From assembly GCA_013336275.1 (NCBI GenBank), contig JAAXUA010000001.1, positions 270,167-334,166 on the forward strand: DNA of 64,000 bases, given 5' to 3'. Each line of letters begins with the position of its first letter. Positions within the stretch are counted from its first letter, which is position 1. Positions 7,576 to 18,859 of this stretch are shown piece after piece. The notes beneath the pieces were generated by a model. The model was not told where the DNA came from, made no database searches, and saw only the letters and a list, made by a program, of their open reading frames with translations. The translations under genes were made by a program, and so were the position numbers. This DNA is from Candidatus Falkowbacteria bacterium. GTDB taxonomy: Bacteria > Patescibacteriota > Patescibacteriia > Patescibacteriales > GWE2-39-37.

Positions 7576-9069
7576 TTATTTCAACTTCACAGCTCCAGCC
7601 CTGATCCTATCAATCGCCTTTTCCTTACCTAGAGCCTCGGCTACTTCGAATGGTCCTGGGCTTTTATCCCGGCCGGTCATGGCGACGCGTGCCGGCCAGA
7701 GGACCTCGCCGACGGTGATCATAGCGCTTCGGATATGGTTCATCAGTGCCTCTTCGATAGTGAACCTGGTCCATTCGGTTTCGGGGATGCGCTCAAGGAC
7801 ATCAGCTGCTGCCTCGAGATTCTTCTTGGTGGTTTCGGCGTCGCTCTTCTTCCAGACCAAAAGCGAACCTTCATATTTCAGTTTCGGCTGGAATAAGTAG
7901 TCGGTGAGGTCATTGATTTCTGATAATTTCTTCAAACGGTCATGAGCCAAGCCGACGAACAGCTCAAGCTGCTGGCGGCTGACTTTTTCTCCCGTCAAAT
8001 TATTGAGCCACTGCCCGTCTTGGACATCAAGCAACTTACCCTCGACCAAGTACGGCAAGACCAGGTCAACGAGCTCATGCACCGTCTTCTGGCGGATGTA
8101 ATGGCCATTGATATAATCCAGCTTCTCGGTATCGAAGATCGCCGGGCTGGTGCCGATATCTTTGATCTTGAATTCGCTGATGATCTGGTCCAAGGGCATG
8201 ATTTCCGTATCGCTCTTCGAATGCCAGCCCAGAAGGGCGCAAAAATTGAGCAGCGCCTCCGGCAAGTACCCCTTCGTTCGGTAATCCTCGACCGCAACGT
8301 CGCCATGGCGTTTGGAGAGCTTGCCGCCCTCCTTATTCAAGACCAGCGGGATGTGGACGAACTTGGGCGGTTCCCAGCCGAAGTTCCGATAGAGTAAAAC
8401 GTTCTTAGGAAAGGATGAAAGCCATTCGTCGCCGCGCACCACGTGGCTGATCTCCATCAGGTGGTCGTCGACCACGTTGGCGAATTGGTAGGTCGGCATC
8501 CCGTCAGTCTTGATGAGCACATGGTCCTCCAGATTCTCCGCCTTGAAGGTGATGTCTCCGCGCAACTCATCAAAAGCCGTGACCTCGCCCTCGAGCGGCA
8601 TGGCTTGGCGAATGGTGAAGGCGTCTCCTCGAGCGACGCGAGCCTCGACTTCTTCCGAGGACAGGTTGCGGCACCGGCGGTCGTAGCGCGGCGGCAGCTT
8701 GTTAGCCATCTGTTCCTCCTTCATGGCCGCGATCTCCTCGGACGAGCAGAAACAGCGGTAGGCGTGGCCGCTCTCCAGAATCTCCGCGGCGTACCGGTCA
8801 TAGATATCGCGGCGCTGGCTCTGGACATAGGGTCCGAACGGTCCGCCGGAAAGCGGGCTCTCGTCGAAATGGATATCGAGCCAGGCCAGAATCTCGACCA
8901 GGTGCTCGGCGGCACCAGCCACCTCGCGTTTCTGGTCGGTATCCTCGATGCGCAGAATGAAAGTGCCCTCCAGTGCTTTGACGATGAGGTAGTTGAATAA
9001 GACAGTGCGCAGGCTGCCGATATGCAGGAAACCGGTCGGCGATGGCGCGAAACGGACGCGAGTACTCAT
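7576..9069 (-). CDS. gltX: Glutamate--tRNA ligase
   Basis: 497 aa; RFAPSPTGFLHIGSLRT (HIGH motif), KLSKRHG (KMSKS motif), overall GluRS architecture. Confidence 0.95.
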   Translation of the reverse strand: MSTRVRFAPSPTGFLHIGSLRTVLFNYLIVKALEGTFILRIEDTDQKREVAGAAEHLVEILAWLDIHFDESPLSGGPFGPYVQSQRRDIYDRYAAEILESGHAYRCFCSSEEIAAMKEEQMANKLPPRYDRRCRNLSSEEVEARVARGDAFTIRQAMPLEGEVTAFDELRGDITFKAENLEDHVLIKTDGMPTYQFANVVDDHLMEISHVVRGDEWLSSFPKNVLLYRNFGWEPPKFVHIPLVLNKEGGKLSKRHGDVAVEDYRTKGYLPEALLNFCALLGWHSKSDTEIMPLDQIISEFKIKDIGTSPAIFDTEKLDYINGHYIRQKTVHELVDLVLPYLVEGKLLDVQDGQWLNNLTGEKVSRQQLELFVGLAHDRLKKLSEINDLTDYLFQPKLKYEGSLLVWKKSDAETTKKNLEAAADVLERIPETEWTRFTIEEALMNHIRSAMITVGEVLWPARVAMTGRDKSPGPFEVAEALGKEKAIDRIRAGAVKLK

Positions 9070-9071
9070 GG

Positions 9072-9272
9072 CTATTTGTTTAAGATATTAATGATGTATG
9101 GGAAAAGGAAAAACGCCAACGCGAGAGACAAGACCAAAAGCGTGAAGCTCAAGCCGATGACCCAGCGCTGCAGGCGCCAGACCTTCTCTGCCAGCTTTTC
9201 CCGATCCTTTTTCAAAAGCTGGTTGGTGATGTCGTTCAGGAGATAGATGTATTTTTTGAATTGGAGTTTCAT
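9072..9272 (-). CDS. Small single-pass membrane protein (66 aa)
   Basis: MKLQFKK...WVIGLSFTLLVLSLALAFFLFPYIINILNK. Its ATG overlaps the upstream stop (ATGA at 9269..9272). The 99-aa ORF in the track is an upstream extension into the neighbouring gene. Confidence 0.5.
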   Translation of the reverse strand: MKLQFKKYIYLLNDITNQLLKKDREKLAEKVWRLQRWVIGLSFTLLVLSLALAFFLFPYIINILNK

Positions 9273-10486
9273 ATTTGTTTCAAATATTCGTTGAATTTGT
9301 CCAAGAAAACTTGCGTCGATTTGCGGCGGACATGGTGGACGGTCGCGACCAGACGATCGGTGTCCACCCACTGCCAGAAATCATGGTCCCAATAGTTCAG
9401 CTTGATTTCGGCATCGTCGCCCAAAAACTCGATGACGGCCAAAGACTGCTTCTGCCCTTTGTAGCCCGAGTCGCGGGTGACTTGGTGCTTGCCGAGCGCA
9501 CCGTTGAAATCGTAGCGCCAGACATCCTTAAAGACGGCTTTGACCTCGAACTTGTCCGTGCCCAACTCCTCGGTCGCCTCTCTCAGGCCGGCATCCTTCG
9601 GGTCTTCCCCGTCGGTACCTCCCTGGGGCAGCTGCCAATGAGGCTCGGCCGAATAGGAACGACGCACGACTAATACCTGATACCGTTCGTTTTGACGCCG
9701 ATAAATCAGACAGGCGACATTAGGTCGGTAAAGCCGAGGGCGGATGAACTGCCAGACCAGAAAGCGCCACATGAAGACGAAAACGGCTCGCCAGATCCGC
9801 TGATAGCGCCGGAAAACGACTTGGCCCTGAGCATTGGACGGTTTCTGAAAAAGCCGCCAAGACCACTCGAGCCCCAAAAGCCGCATCAGCTTCGGCGCCC
9901 GTTTTACTTTGCCCGAAATGAAATCAAGTGCGCCGCCGATGCCGACGGCCAGACGCAAGCCAGGCACCTTCTCTAAATTATGAAATACGAATTTCTCTTG
10001 ATAAGGTGCGCCAAGGGTGACTAGCATGATCGATGGCGCTCCGACTAAAGATGGCGAGAAGTCGCGGCCGAAACGGTCGACGGCCTGCACCGAAACCTTC
10101 AAACGCGGGTAGCGCGCCTTGAGTGCGGTTTCAATGTCGGTGGCGCTAGACAAGCCTTCGCGCCAATTGACGACTAGCACTGACAACTGCCGCTCCTCAG
10201 CCATGGCAAGGAGGTCAGGCACCAGGTCGGCACCAGTGACCCTGGGCGCATTGACGCCCTTGAGCCAGCCAGCAGCCTTCAGTCCCATTCCGTCCATCAG
10301 AGACAGGTCGGCTTTGTTCAATATATGGAACAGCTCTTCATCATGATTGGCGGCCAAAACGATCTCGGGATTGGGCGTGACCAGGAAACGGGGCCTATCG
10401 CCAGCCAAAAAAGCTTCGACGCGCTTGAGCGCCCCGGCTCGATCAATGATGGACAGCTTGATTCCTAAAATATTTACCTGGTTCAT
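9269..10486 (-). CDS. Fusion protein: WecG/TagA/CpsF-family glycosyltransferase (N) + RppH-like Nudix hydrolase (C)
   Basis: N-terminal region VNILGIKLS...FLVTPNPEIVLAA...LSLMDGMGL...LEWSWRLFQKP is WecG/TagA-like. C-terminal region WQLPQGGTDGEDPKDAGLREATEELG is a Nudix box resembling the RppH motif WQFPQGG...RELxEExG. Confidence 0.7.
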   Translation of the reverse strand: MNQVNILGIKLSIIDRAGALKRVEAFLAGDRPRFLVTPNPEIVLAANHDEELFHILNKADLSLMDGMGLKAAGWLKGVNAPRVTGADLVPDLLAMAEERQLSVLVVNWREGLSSATDIETALKARYPRLKVSVQAVDRFGRDFSPSLVGAPSIMLVTLGAPYQEKFVFHNLEKVPGLRLAVGIGGALDFISGKVKRAPKLMRLLGLEWSWRLFQKPSNAQGQVVFRRYQRIWRAVFVFMWRFLVWQFIRPRLYRPNVACLIYRRQNERYQVLVVRRSYSAEPHWQLPQGGTDGEDPKDAGLREATEELGTDKFEVKAVFKDVWRYDFNGALGKHQVTRDSGYKGQKQSLAVIEFLGDDAEIKLNYWDHDFWQWVDTDRLVATVHHVRRKSTQVFLDKFNEYLKQI

Positions 10487-10628
10487 AATATCATGATTAT
10501 ATCCTAACTTGAGCCAAAAAACAAGACTTAATATTGACTAATCCGGCAAAATATGTTTAAATTTCCAATTATAAACGCCCTTTATCACAACCGCTTCAGC
10601 GGATAAACCCACCCAAGGAGGCCCGAGA

Positions 10629-11615
10629 ATGCCAAAGTATGTAAAAGCCCACGGAATCAGCCTGGACAAAGACAGTATCCTGATGTTCGGCGTACTCAAT
10701 CAGAATGGCAATGCCATGCTGCTGGATGGAGTACTCGAATTCCAACCCGTAACCGAAAAAGGAGTCAGCATCACCGCTTACCGCAAACTGGACGAAAACA
10801 GCCACTTCTTCGATGGCCATTTCCCCGGTAAACCGGTCTGTCCTGGCCACTACCTGCTCCAGATGGCCTATCTGACTGCCCAGCTGTTCCATTTCTGCCT
10901 TACCGGCAAAACGAGCTTCACCCCCTGGCACATCAGAGCAAAAGAGCTTACCAACCGTGCCCCAGCGCTTCCGGGAGATACGATGTACATCACCTGTATC
11001 GAACCGGAGATGGATGATGAGACCTTCGCTTGCTCTGCCGTAATCAAAAACCAGAATGGCACGCTCATAGCCTCGGTCGACAATCTGTGCTTTTTCACTA
11101 AGCCTTTCGACCCCGCTACGGTCACCCTATCCGAAGAAAAACCAGGCATCAATCAGGAAATCTTTCAGCTCAACGGCCTGGAACTGGACTACCAGAACAT
11201 CATCGCGCACTCGCTGCTCCCCCACCGTGGTCATGCCCTGCTGGTCGACGGCGTCACCTCTTTCAGGAAAACCAGCCACGACGCGATCATTACCTCGACC
11301 TACAACCTGATGGACAAAGGCATCTTCTTCTCCGGGTACAAGTTCTGCCAAGGACACTACATGCTTGAGATGGCTTATCTGACCGCCGCCCTCTTCCATT
11401 ACTGCCTTACCGGCGAAACCAAGGGCGCCCCGGCCCCCTTCCGCACCACCGAAATCGCCTTCCTGCGGCCCGCCCTTCCCGGCGAAACCCTGAAAACGAT
11501 CTGTTGCGCCCCCGAGCTTCGCAGCCGCACCTTCAGCTGTTCAGCAACGGTAACCGACAGCGACAACCGGCCCATCGCCAATTTCGGCCGCATCAACGGG
11601 ATATCCCTGAAGTAA
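10629..11615 (+). CDS. Tandem double-hotdog FabZ/FabA-like dehydratase-fold protein
   Basis: Two homologous halves. Half 1: FFDGHFPGKPVCPGHYLLQMAYLTAQLFHFCLTG. Half 2: LPHRGHALLVD...FFSGYKFCQGHYMLEMAYLTAALFHYCLTG. AAGGAGG at 10615..10621. Confidence 0.7.
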   Translation: MPKYVKAHGISLDKDSILMFGVLNQNGNAMLLDGVLEFQPVTEKGVSITAYRKLDENSHFFDGHFPGKPVCPGHYLLQMAYLTAQLFHFCLTGKTSFTPWHIRAKELTNRAPALPGDTMYITCIEPEMDDETFACSAVIKNQNGTLIASVDNLCFFTKPFDPATVTLSEEKPGINQEIFQLNGLELDYQNIIAHSLLPHRGHALLVDGVTSFRKTSHDAIITSTYNLMDKGIFFSGYKFCQGHYMLEMAYLTAALFHYCLTGETKGAPAPFRTTEIAFLRPALPGETLKTICCAPELRSRTFSCSATVTDSDNRPIANFGRINGISLK

Positions 11616-11634
11616 TCGCTCACTCATTGAATTT

Positions 11635-11668
11635 AAGGCGCCTAGTCCGACTAGGCGCCTTACTTTTA
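11635..11668 (+). terminator. Rho-independent terminator after the double-hotdog gene
   Basis: AAGGCGCCTAGTC-cga-CTAGGCGCCTT followed by ACTTTTAT. Confidence 0.7.
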
Positions 11669-11680
11669 TCTTAATCATTC

Positions 11681-11709
11681 TTGACAATAATAAGAGTATC
11701 TCATATAGT
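11681..11709 (+). promoter_or_regulatory. Sigma70-type promoter of clpB
   Basis: TTGACA (11681..11686) - 17 nt - TATAGT (11704..11709). Confidence 0.7.
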
Positions 11710-11713
11710 TAAT

Positions 11714-11740
11714 TTAGCAGTCAGAGTAATGGAGTGCTAA
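11714..11740 (+). promoter_or_regulatory. CIRCE (HrcA operator) inverted repeat
   Basis: TTAGCAGTC-N9-GAGTGCTAA versus consensus TTAGCACTC-N9-GAGTGCTAA (1 mismatch). It lies at the predicted transcription start, upstream of the clpB ATG. Confidence 0.75.
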
Positions 11741-11760
11741 CTACAAATAAAAGCAATAAT

Positions 11761-14397
<2,637 letters not shown>

Positions 14398-14410
14398 AGT
14401 ACGCTCATAT

Positions 14411-14441
14411 AAAAAACAACCGCCAACTGGCGGTTGTTTTT
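14411..14441. terminator. Bidirectional terminator between clpB and the convergent membrane operon
   Basis: AAAAA-ACAACCGCC-aact-GGCGGTTGT-TTTT. Confidence 0.75.
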
Positions 14442-14452
14442 ATTATATCCGA

Positions 14453-16237
14453 TCAGATTATTTCCATGATCTTGGCTTTGTACTTCTGATAGATGAACGA
14501 GATCGAAAGGAGGGCGATGCCCAAGCTCATTGTCGAAATTATGCGGTAAAGCGTTCCCAAACTCCACAAGTCATAGAAGAAAAGCTTCAGTATGGCCAAA
14601 AGCAGGAGAATCAAACCGCCGACACGCAGCCCCTTGTTGCCGACAAAAAAACCGGCAGACAAAATAATGATGGCATGCAGTATCCAGAAGAGCGACAGTC
14701 CGATGCTTGAACGGCTTTGATTGCTCTTGAGCTGCTTGTTCAAGACATCTGACTGCTCAAGCCTTGCCTTGTAGTCCTGGACCGGCGTCAGCTTCTGTTC
14801 CTGATAGTATTTATCCCTGGCGACCTGCGACTTGCCATTGTAATAATGGGTGATCTCCCGGTTGCCGGCAAAGAAAGCCAGCAGGTTGGCAGCTAGAACG
14901 AAGGCGACGATGAAGTGCCGCCGATTGAACCAATCGTCGGTCTTCTCCGGAACAGCCGTCGATTTGAAAAAAGCCCAGGCTGAAGTGATAGAAGCGGCGA
15001 TCAGGAATCCGGCAGCCATAAAAGCCTTGTTGATGATCGGGGTTGCGATTATCGGCGTCCGGGTGATGTCCACAAAAAGATAACGGCTAAGGGCCAAGAC
15101 ATAAATGGCCAGGCCGAAGGCTGCGATACTCTTCTTGCCCAGCCGGGCCGCCAAAAAGAACAGCAAGGCGGCCTCAAGTGTCCAGCCGATTGTGATCGTA
15201 GCCTGCTCGAACTGGAGCGGGATAGCAAGACTGCCGGCTGAGGCTGACATGAAGGCAAGGAAAGCATACAGATTATCATCGTCAGGAGTGCTTATCCTGA
15301 CGAGATAAGCGCCCATATAATAATAGGCCGCCAGAGTGATGGCAAATAGGCCCATCAGCTTATGATACTCCGGGTCCAGAAGGCCGTAGCTGAAACTGAA
15401 ATAGAGCAGTCCCAGAATCAGGGTAATGACTTGTTCCGGACCGGCAGACTTCTTCTTTTCCAGTATGTTGTAGATGACTGAAGCCACTGAATAAATCAGG
15501 AAAAAGATGGTAAGGAAAAGAAAAGTGCTCTTGAGCTGGCTGAAATCGTAGTACCGGTCATACCAGCCGCTGAACAGCATGAAGGTGCCGGCTAGGCTGA
15601 CATACTGGATCGAACGCCAGTGCTTGAAAACCGAGGCCACGAGGACGCCGATATCCAAAACGATGAGATAGACGAATAGCACCACCTGGTTATTGTGGCC
15701 GCTCGAGACCAGATAGGGCGTCAGGACTCCGCCAAGCACCGACATGATAGCCAAGCTCCGGGCATCGAGACGGATGCTCAGACCGATGCCAGCGGCCGTA
15801 ATCAACGACATGGCAACGAAGGCCGCACCCTGGGTAATCAGGTGGTAAAAATCGTAGGCTGCATACAAGGAGAGATACATCACCGATAGACCTCCGCCGG
15901 ACAGCAGCTGGCTATAAGCAAAATACTTGACTCGGGTCTTCTCACCGAGGGCCAAAAGGATGCCACCAGCTGCTACGCCCATCAACACCCTGATTGCTGG
16001 GGAAACCCAATTGTTGTCAAAAGCATACTTAAGGAAAAAAGAGATGCCCAGCAGCAGGACTATAACGCCGACGCGCGCGAACCATTTAGCGCCAATATTC
16101 TCTTCTAGCGACTGGGCGGGTTTTTGCTGGTCAGGCTTCGGCGGTGGAGGAGGAGGCGGCGGCGGTGGAGTTGAAGCTGAACCGTAAGCTTCATCATTCC
16201 CTGCCGGTTCGGAGGCCGTGTTGAGTTGATCGCTCAT
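14453..16237 (-). CDS. DUF2339-like polytopic membrane protein
   Basis: 594 aa; N-terminal poly-Pro (11 P), then IGAKWFARVGVIVLLLGISFFLKYAFDNNW and about 16 further hydrophobic spans, the pattern I associate with DUF2339. Confidence 0.65.
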   Translation of the reverse strand: MSDQLNTASEPAGNDEAYGSASTPPPPPPPPPPKPDQQKPAQSLEENIGAKWFARVGVIVLLLGISFFLKYAFDNNWVSPAIRVLMGVAAGGILLALGEKTRVKYFAYSQLLSGGGLSVMYLSLYAAYDFYHLITQGAAFVAMSLITAAGIGLSIRLDARSLAIMSVLGGVLTPYLVSSGHNNQVVLFVYLIVLDIGVLVASVFKHWRSIQYVSLAGTFMLFSGWYDRYYDFSQLKSTFLFLTIFFLIYSVASVIYNILEKKKSAGPEQVITLILGLLYFSFSYGLLDPEYHKLMGLFAITLAAYYYMGAYLVRISTPDDDNLYAFLAFMSASAGSLAIPLQFEQATITIGWTLEAALLFFLAARLGKKSIAAFGLAIYVLALSRYLFVDITRTPIIATPIINKAFMAAGFLIAASITSAWAFFKSTAVPEKTDDWFNRRHFIVAFVLAANLLAFFAGNREITHYYNGKSQVARDKYYQEQKLTPVQDYKARLEQSDVLNKQLKSNQSRSSIGLSLFWILHAIIILSAGFFVGNKGLRVGGLILLLLAILKLFFYDLWSLGTLYRIISTMSLGIALLSISFIYQKYKAKIMEII

Positions 16238-16242
16238 AATAT

Positions 16243-16938
16243 TTATTTACAGACACCGCTGAGGCAGGCACTGCTGCAGGTGGTATCCGATTGTTTGAGT
16301 TGATTGTCCTCGCAATAGAATTCCCTAACGATACGGTCCGATATGCATACATCGGGAAATTCCTTGCCGTATTGATCTATGGTAATGCCGAATTGGTCAT
16401 AAGCCAGGCCATTGTCGCTGTCACGGCAGAAGGTCTTGGCGTTCTTGGCGACCAAAGTGACGGAAACGCCTGCCGCTCCCTCGAGGCTGGCCCGTTGCTG
16501 GTCGATGACCGTGATACCGTCATTCAGTTCCACGTCGTACACCCCAGGGCTGAGCTTGACGAACGAACACAAAGCATCGGAAACCTGGACTTGCTGGATA
16601 TCGACTCCGTCCTTGGTCAAGCGGCAAAATAATGACCTCTGACTGTTCCGTCCATTGGCGATATTGACTACGACTGTTCCAGTATCGGTCGGCGTATTCG
16701 GCGGCGGCAACTGGCCCGTGACATCAAAAGCCGGATCGCTGCCAGGCAATGTCGGAGGGGTGATATCAAAAGGACCCGCCACTGGCGGCAGGGGTTCCGG
16801 CGGCAGGGTCTTGGCATTATTCACGGCCGGTTTTTTCAGATCGGGCTCGCTGACGATCAGGCCAGTCGTGAATGAGGCGGCCAGGATGACGAACAAGGAA
16901 CACACGGCCATGAAAAGATTTTTTTCCGTCAGTTTCAT
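16243..16938 (-). CDS. Secreted/anchored protein: signal-anchor, Pro-rich linker, beta-rich domain, C-terminal Cys-rich module
   Basis: MKLTEKNLFMAVCSLFVILAASF..., PPEPLPPVAGPFDITPPTLPG, C-terminal CRDSDNG...YGKEFPDVCISDRIVREFYCEDNQLKQSDTTCSSACLSGVCK. Confidence 0.45.
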   Translation of the reverse strand: MKLTEKNLFMAVCSLFVILAASFTTGLIVSEPDLKKPAVNNAKTLPPEPLPPVAGPFDITPPTLPGSDPAFDVTGQLPPPNTPTDTGTVVVNIANGRNSQRSLFCRLTKDGVDIQQVQVSDALCSFVKLSPGVYDVELNDGITVIDQQRASLEGAAGVSVTLVAKNAKTFCRDSDNGLAYDQFGITIDQYGKEFPDVCISDRIVREFYCEDNQLKQSDTTCSSACLSGVCK

Positions 16939-16947
16939 ATTGGTTGG

Positions 16948-17472
16948 TTAAAATCTAAGAAAGGAGAAGCCAAGCATCGACAAGACGACGCCGATAATGA
17001 ACATCGAGATAAAAAGATTGAAGATATACCCGCCGATAATGCCGTAACTGACCGAACGTCGGCGATTCCATAAATAGAAAATCGCTACGAAAATCGCCAG
17101 CCCGACAAGAGAACCAACCATGCCCAGGATATCCTTGATGAAGGATAGGTCGGCCTCCATCCCGCTCAGCTTGACCAAGATTGACGGCAGCCAAGACAGG
17201 ACGGCCGAAGACAATATCGGCGCCCAGAAGCCGAGCCAGAAATCCTTGCGTCGCTGTTCCTTTGAAGCATAGACGACCTTGGCGGAAAAATTCCAAAAAT
17301 CGAAAGGGGCGCTCGGCGCGGACTCGTCGGAGCTTTGCACGCCAAAAACCATGGAAGCGGCCTCTTCGATCTCTTTCGGGTTATAGCCGGATTTGACCAG
17401 CATATTTGTCAGTACTGCCCGAGGATACTTGTCCCGATTAGTAGCAAGATAGTTGACGATCTGCTCGTTCAT
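16948..17472 (-). CDS. Small membrane protein with soluble N-terminal module
   Basis: 174 aa; N-terminus IVNYLATNRDKYPRAVLTNMLVKSGYNPKEIEEAASMV followed by 3-4 hydrophobic spans. Confidence 0.4.
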   Translation of the reverse strand: MNEQIVNYLATNRDKYPRAVLTNMLVKSGYNPKEIEEAASMVFGVQSSDESAPSAPFDFWNFSAKVVYASKEQRRKDFWLGFWAPILSSAVLSWLPSILVKLSGMEADLSFIKDILGMVGSLVGLAIFVAIFYLWNRRRSVSYGIIGGYIFNLFISMFIIGVVLSMLGFSFLRF

Positions 17473-17490
17473 AGGATTATTTTTGAGTGG

Positions 17491-18858
17491 CTAAAAACTG
17501 ACCAAGATGTTGTTATAAGCACTGGTGTCGCCTTGCTTGACGACGATCGAGTTGGATTTGCTGTAATTGATAGTAACTGGCGTGGCCAGGTTGGCATGGG
17601 CTCCTAGGCCGAACGTACCTTCGTCGTAGACCGAGAATTTGAACTTGCCGTCGACCCCAGGCTTGATTACGCGTTCCCAGCCGTTGCGGTCATCAAAAAG
17701 TTTGTTCAATGAGATGTCTGCGTCGATGAAGGGTTTATCCCCTTCATCAAAAAGCTTGTTGCCGTTGTTATCGATAAAGATATAGCCCTCGATAGTGGCC
17801 AAGGGCTGTTTGACGACTACGCCGCAATCAGCCAAGGTCATCGGCTGGCGAGCAAGCTCGCGCGGCGCGTCAGCGATGGCATTGTTCGAGTCGATATAAT
17901 ACCAGATCGAAGGATTGCCGATAGACTGGGCAGCGATGCAATAACCGTCGGCATAAGCGGAGTTGTCGAGCCAGACCAGATTGATCTTGGAATTGTCGGC
18001 CCTAACCTTTAGGTACCGGAAACGGCTGTCGCTATCGGTGGCTAGCTTGGCCAGCTCATCATACGGCAGCACGCCCTGAATCTTGGCCGGATAAACATAG
18101 TTCTTGTTACGGTATTCCTGCAAAGCGCTGGACAAATCTCGCATCAGCGACGATAACTCGGAATCAGCCATTTCGCGCTCGCGCACATCATCATAGGCGT
18201 TGACCGTCGAGCTGGCCGTATCGACCACCCGGTTTATGTCAGTGGCGTCGATGACCGTCTCATCAATCGACAAGCTTTTAATCAAGCCCTGGCCATTACT
18301 GCCAACCGAGACGCCGACGAGCATCGGCGAGGCGCCTCGCCGGTTCACCCGCTCAAGCTCTCTGCCCTTGCCTTCGGGCACAAAATAGCTCTCGATGCCG
18401 TACGCCACCCTGATTGATGTAGGCTTGCTTTCTTGCTTCAAAATGCAGTCGCTGCCAGGAAGGCAGTCGACCTTGCCCTGATAATAATCGACGTATTGGA
18501 CTTTGCCCCTGATGAAATCACCTTGGGAAGGTCGGTCCAGAGTCACGGTCGTAGCATGCGAATATTTTTGTCCCGGCTCGGTTGCGAGTCCGACATAGAC
18601 CGTGGCGCCCTGCGCCAGTCCGGCTGAATCTTCTTTAGAAACGGACACGTCAGAAAGGCTGATCCGATTGATGGCGTAACTCAGAATCACGTAGTCGCCC
18701 TGGAATAGGCTGCGTGGATCGACCGGTGCAGTTCTTAAGAATACCTCCTTGCCCGACACCATGATCAGCTGGTTCGAAATCACCAAAAAGAGCAGAAAAA
18801 ACAGCTGCAACAAAATCGAGGCAAGAAAGAGTTGTTTGGAGGTCGGTTTGAATATCAT
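17491..18858 (-). CDS. GDYXXLXY-domain protein with long C-terminal extension
   Basis: N-terminal TM span, then PVDPRSLFQGDYVILSYAINRI (GDYxxLxY motif) and YFVPEGKG. About 270 extra residues follow the core. Confidence 0.65.
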   Translation of the reverse strand: MIFKPTSKQLFLASILLQLFFLLFLVISNQLIMVSGKEVFLRTAPVDPRSLFQGDYVILSYAINRISLSDVSVSKEDSAGLAQGATVYVGLATEPGQKYSHATTVTLDRPSQGDFIRGKVQYVDYYQGKVDCLPGSDCILKQESKPTSIRVAYGIESYFVPEGKGRELERVNRRGASPMLVGVSVGSNGQGLIKSLSIDETVIDATDINRVVDTASSTVNAYDDVREREMADSELSSLMRDLSSALQEYRNKNYVYPAKIQGVLPYDELAKLATDSDSRFRYLKVRADNSKINLVWLDNSAYADGYCIAAQSIGNPSIWYYIDSNNAIADAPRELARQPMTLADCGVVVKQPLATIEGYIFIDNNGNKLFDEGDKPFIDADISLNKLFDDRNGWERVIKPGVDGKFKFSVYDEGTFGLGAHANLATPVTINYSKSNSIVVKQGDTSAYNNILVSF

Positions 18859-18859
18859 A

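Noticed and set aside
9273-9371. N-terminal extension making the small membrane protein 99 aa.
   Set aside because: The extension overlaps the 3' end of the WecG-Nudix gene by 100 nt. The internal ATG at 9272 forms a classic ATGA stop/start overlap and yields a clean single-TM peptide.
11734-11760. GTG start giving an 887-aa ClpB (ORF track).
   Set aside because: The GTG lies inside the right arm of the CIRCE inverted repeat (GAGTGCTAA), only ~18 nt downstream of the predicted transcription start. ATG 11761 or 11770 gives the canonical ClpB N-terminus (MFDKFT...).
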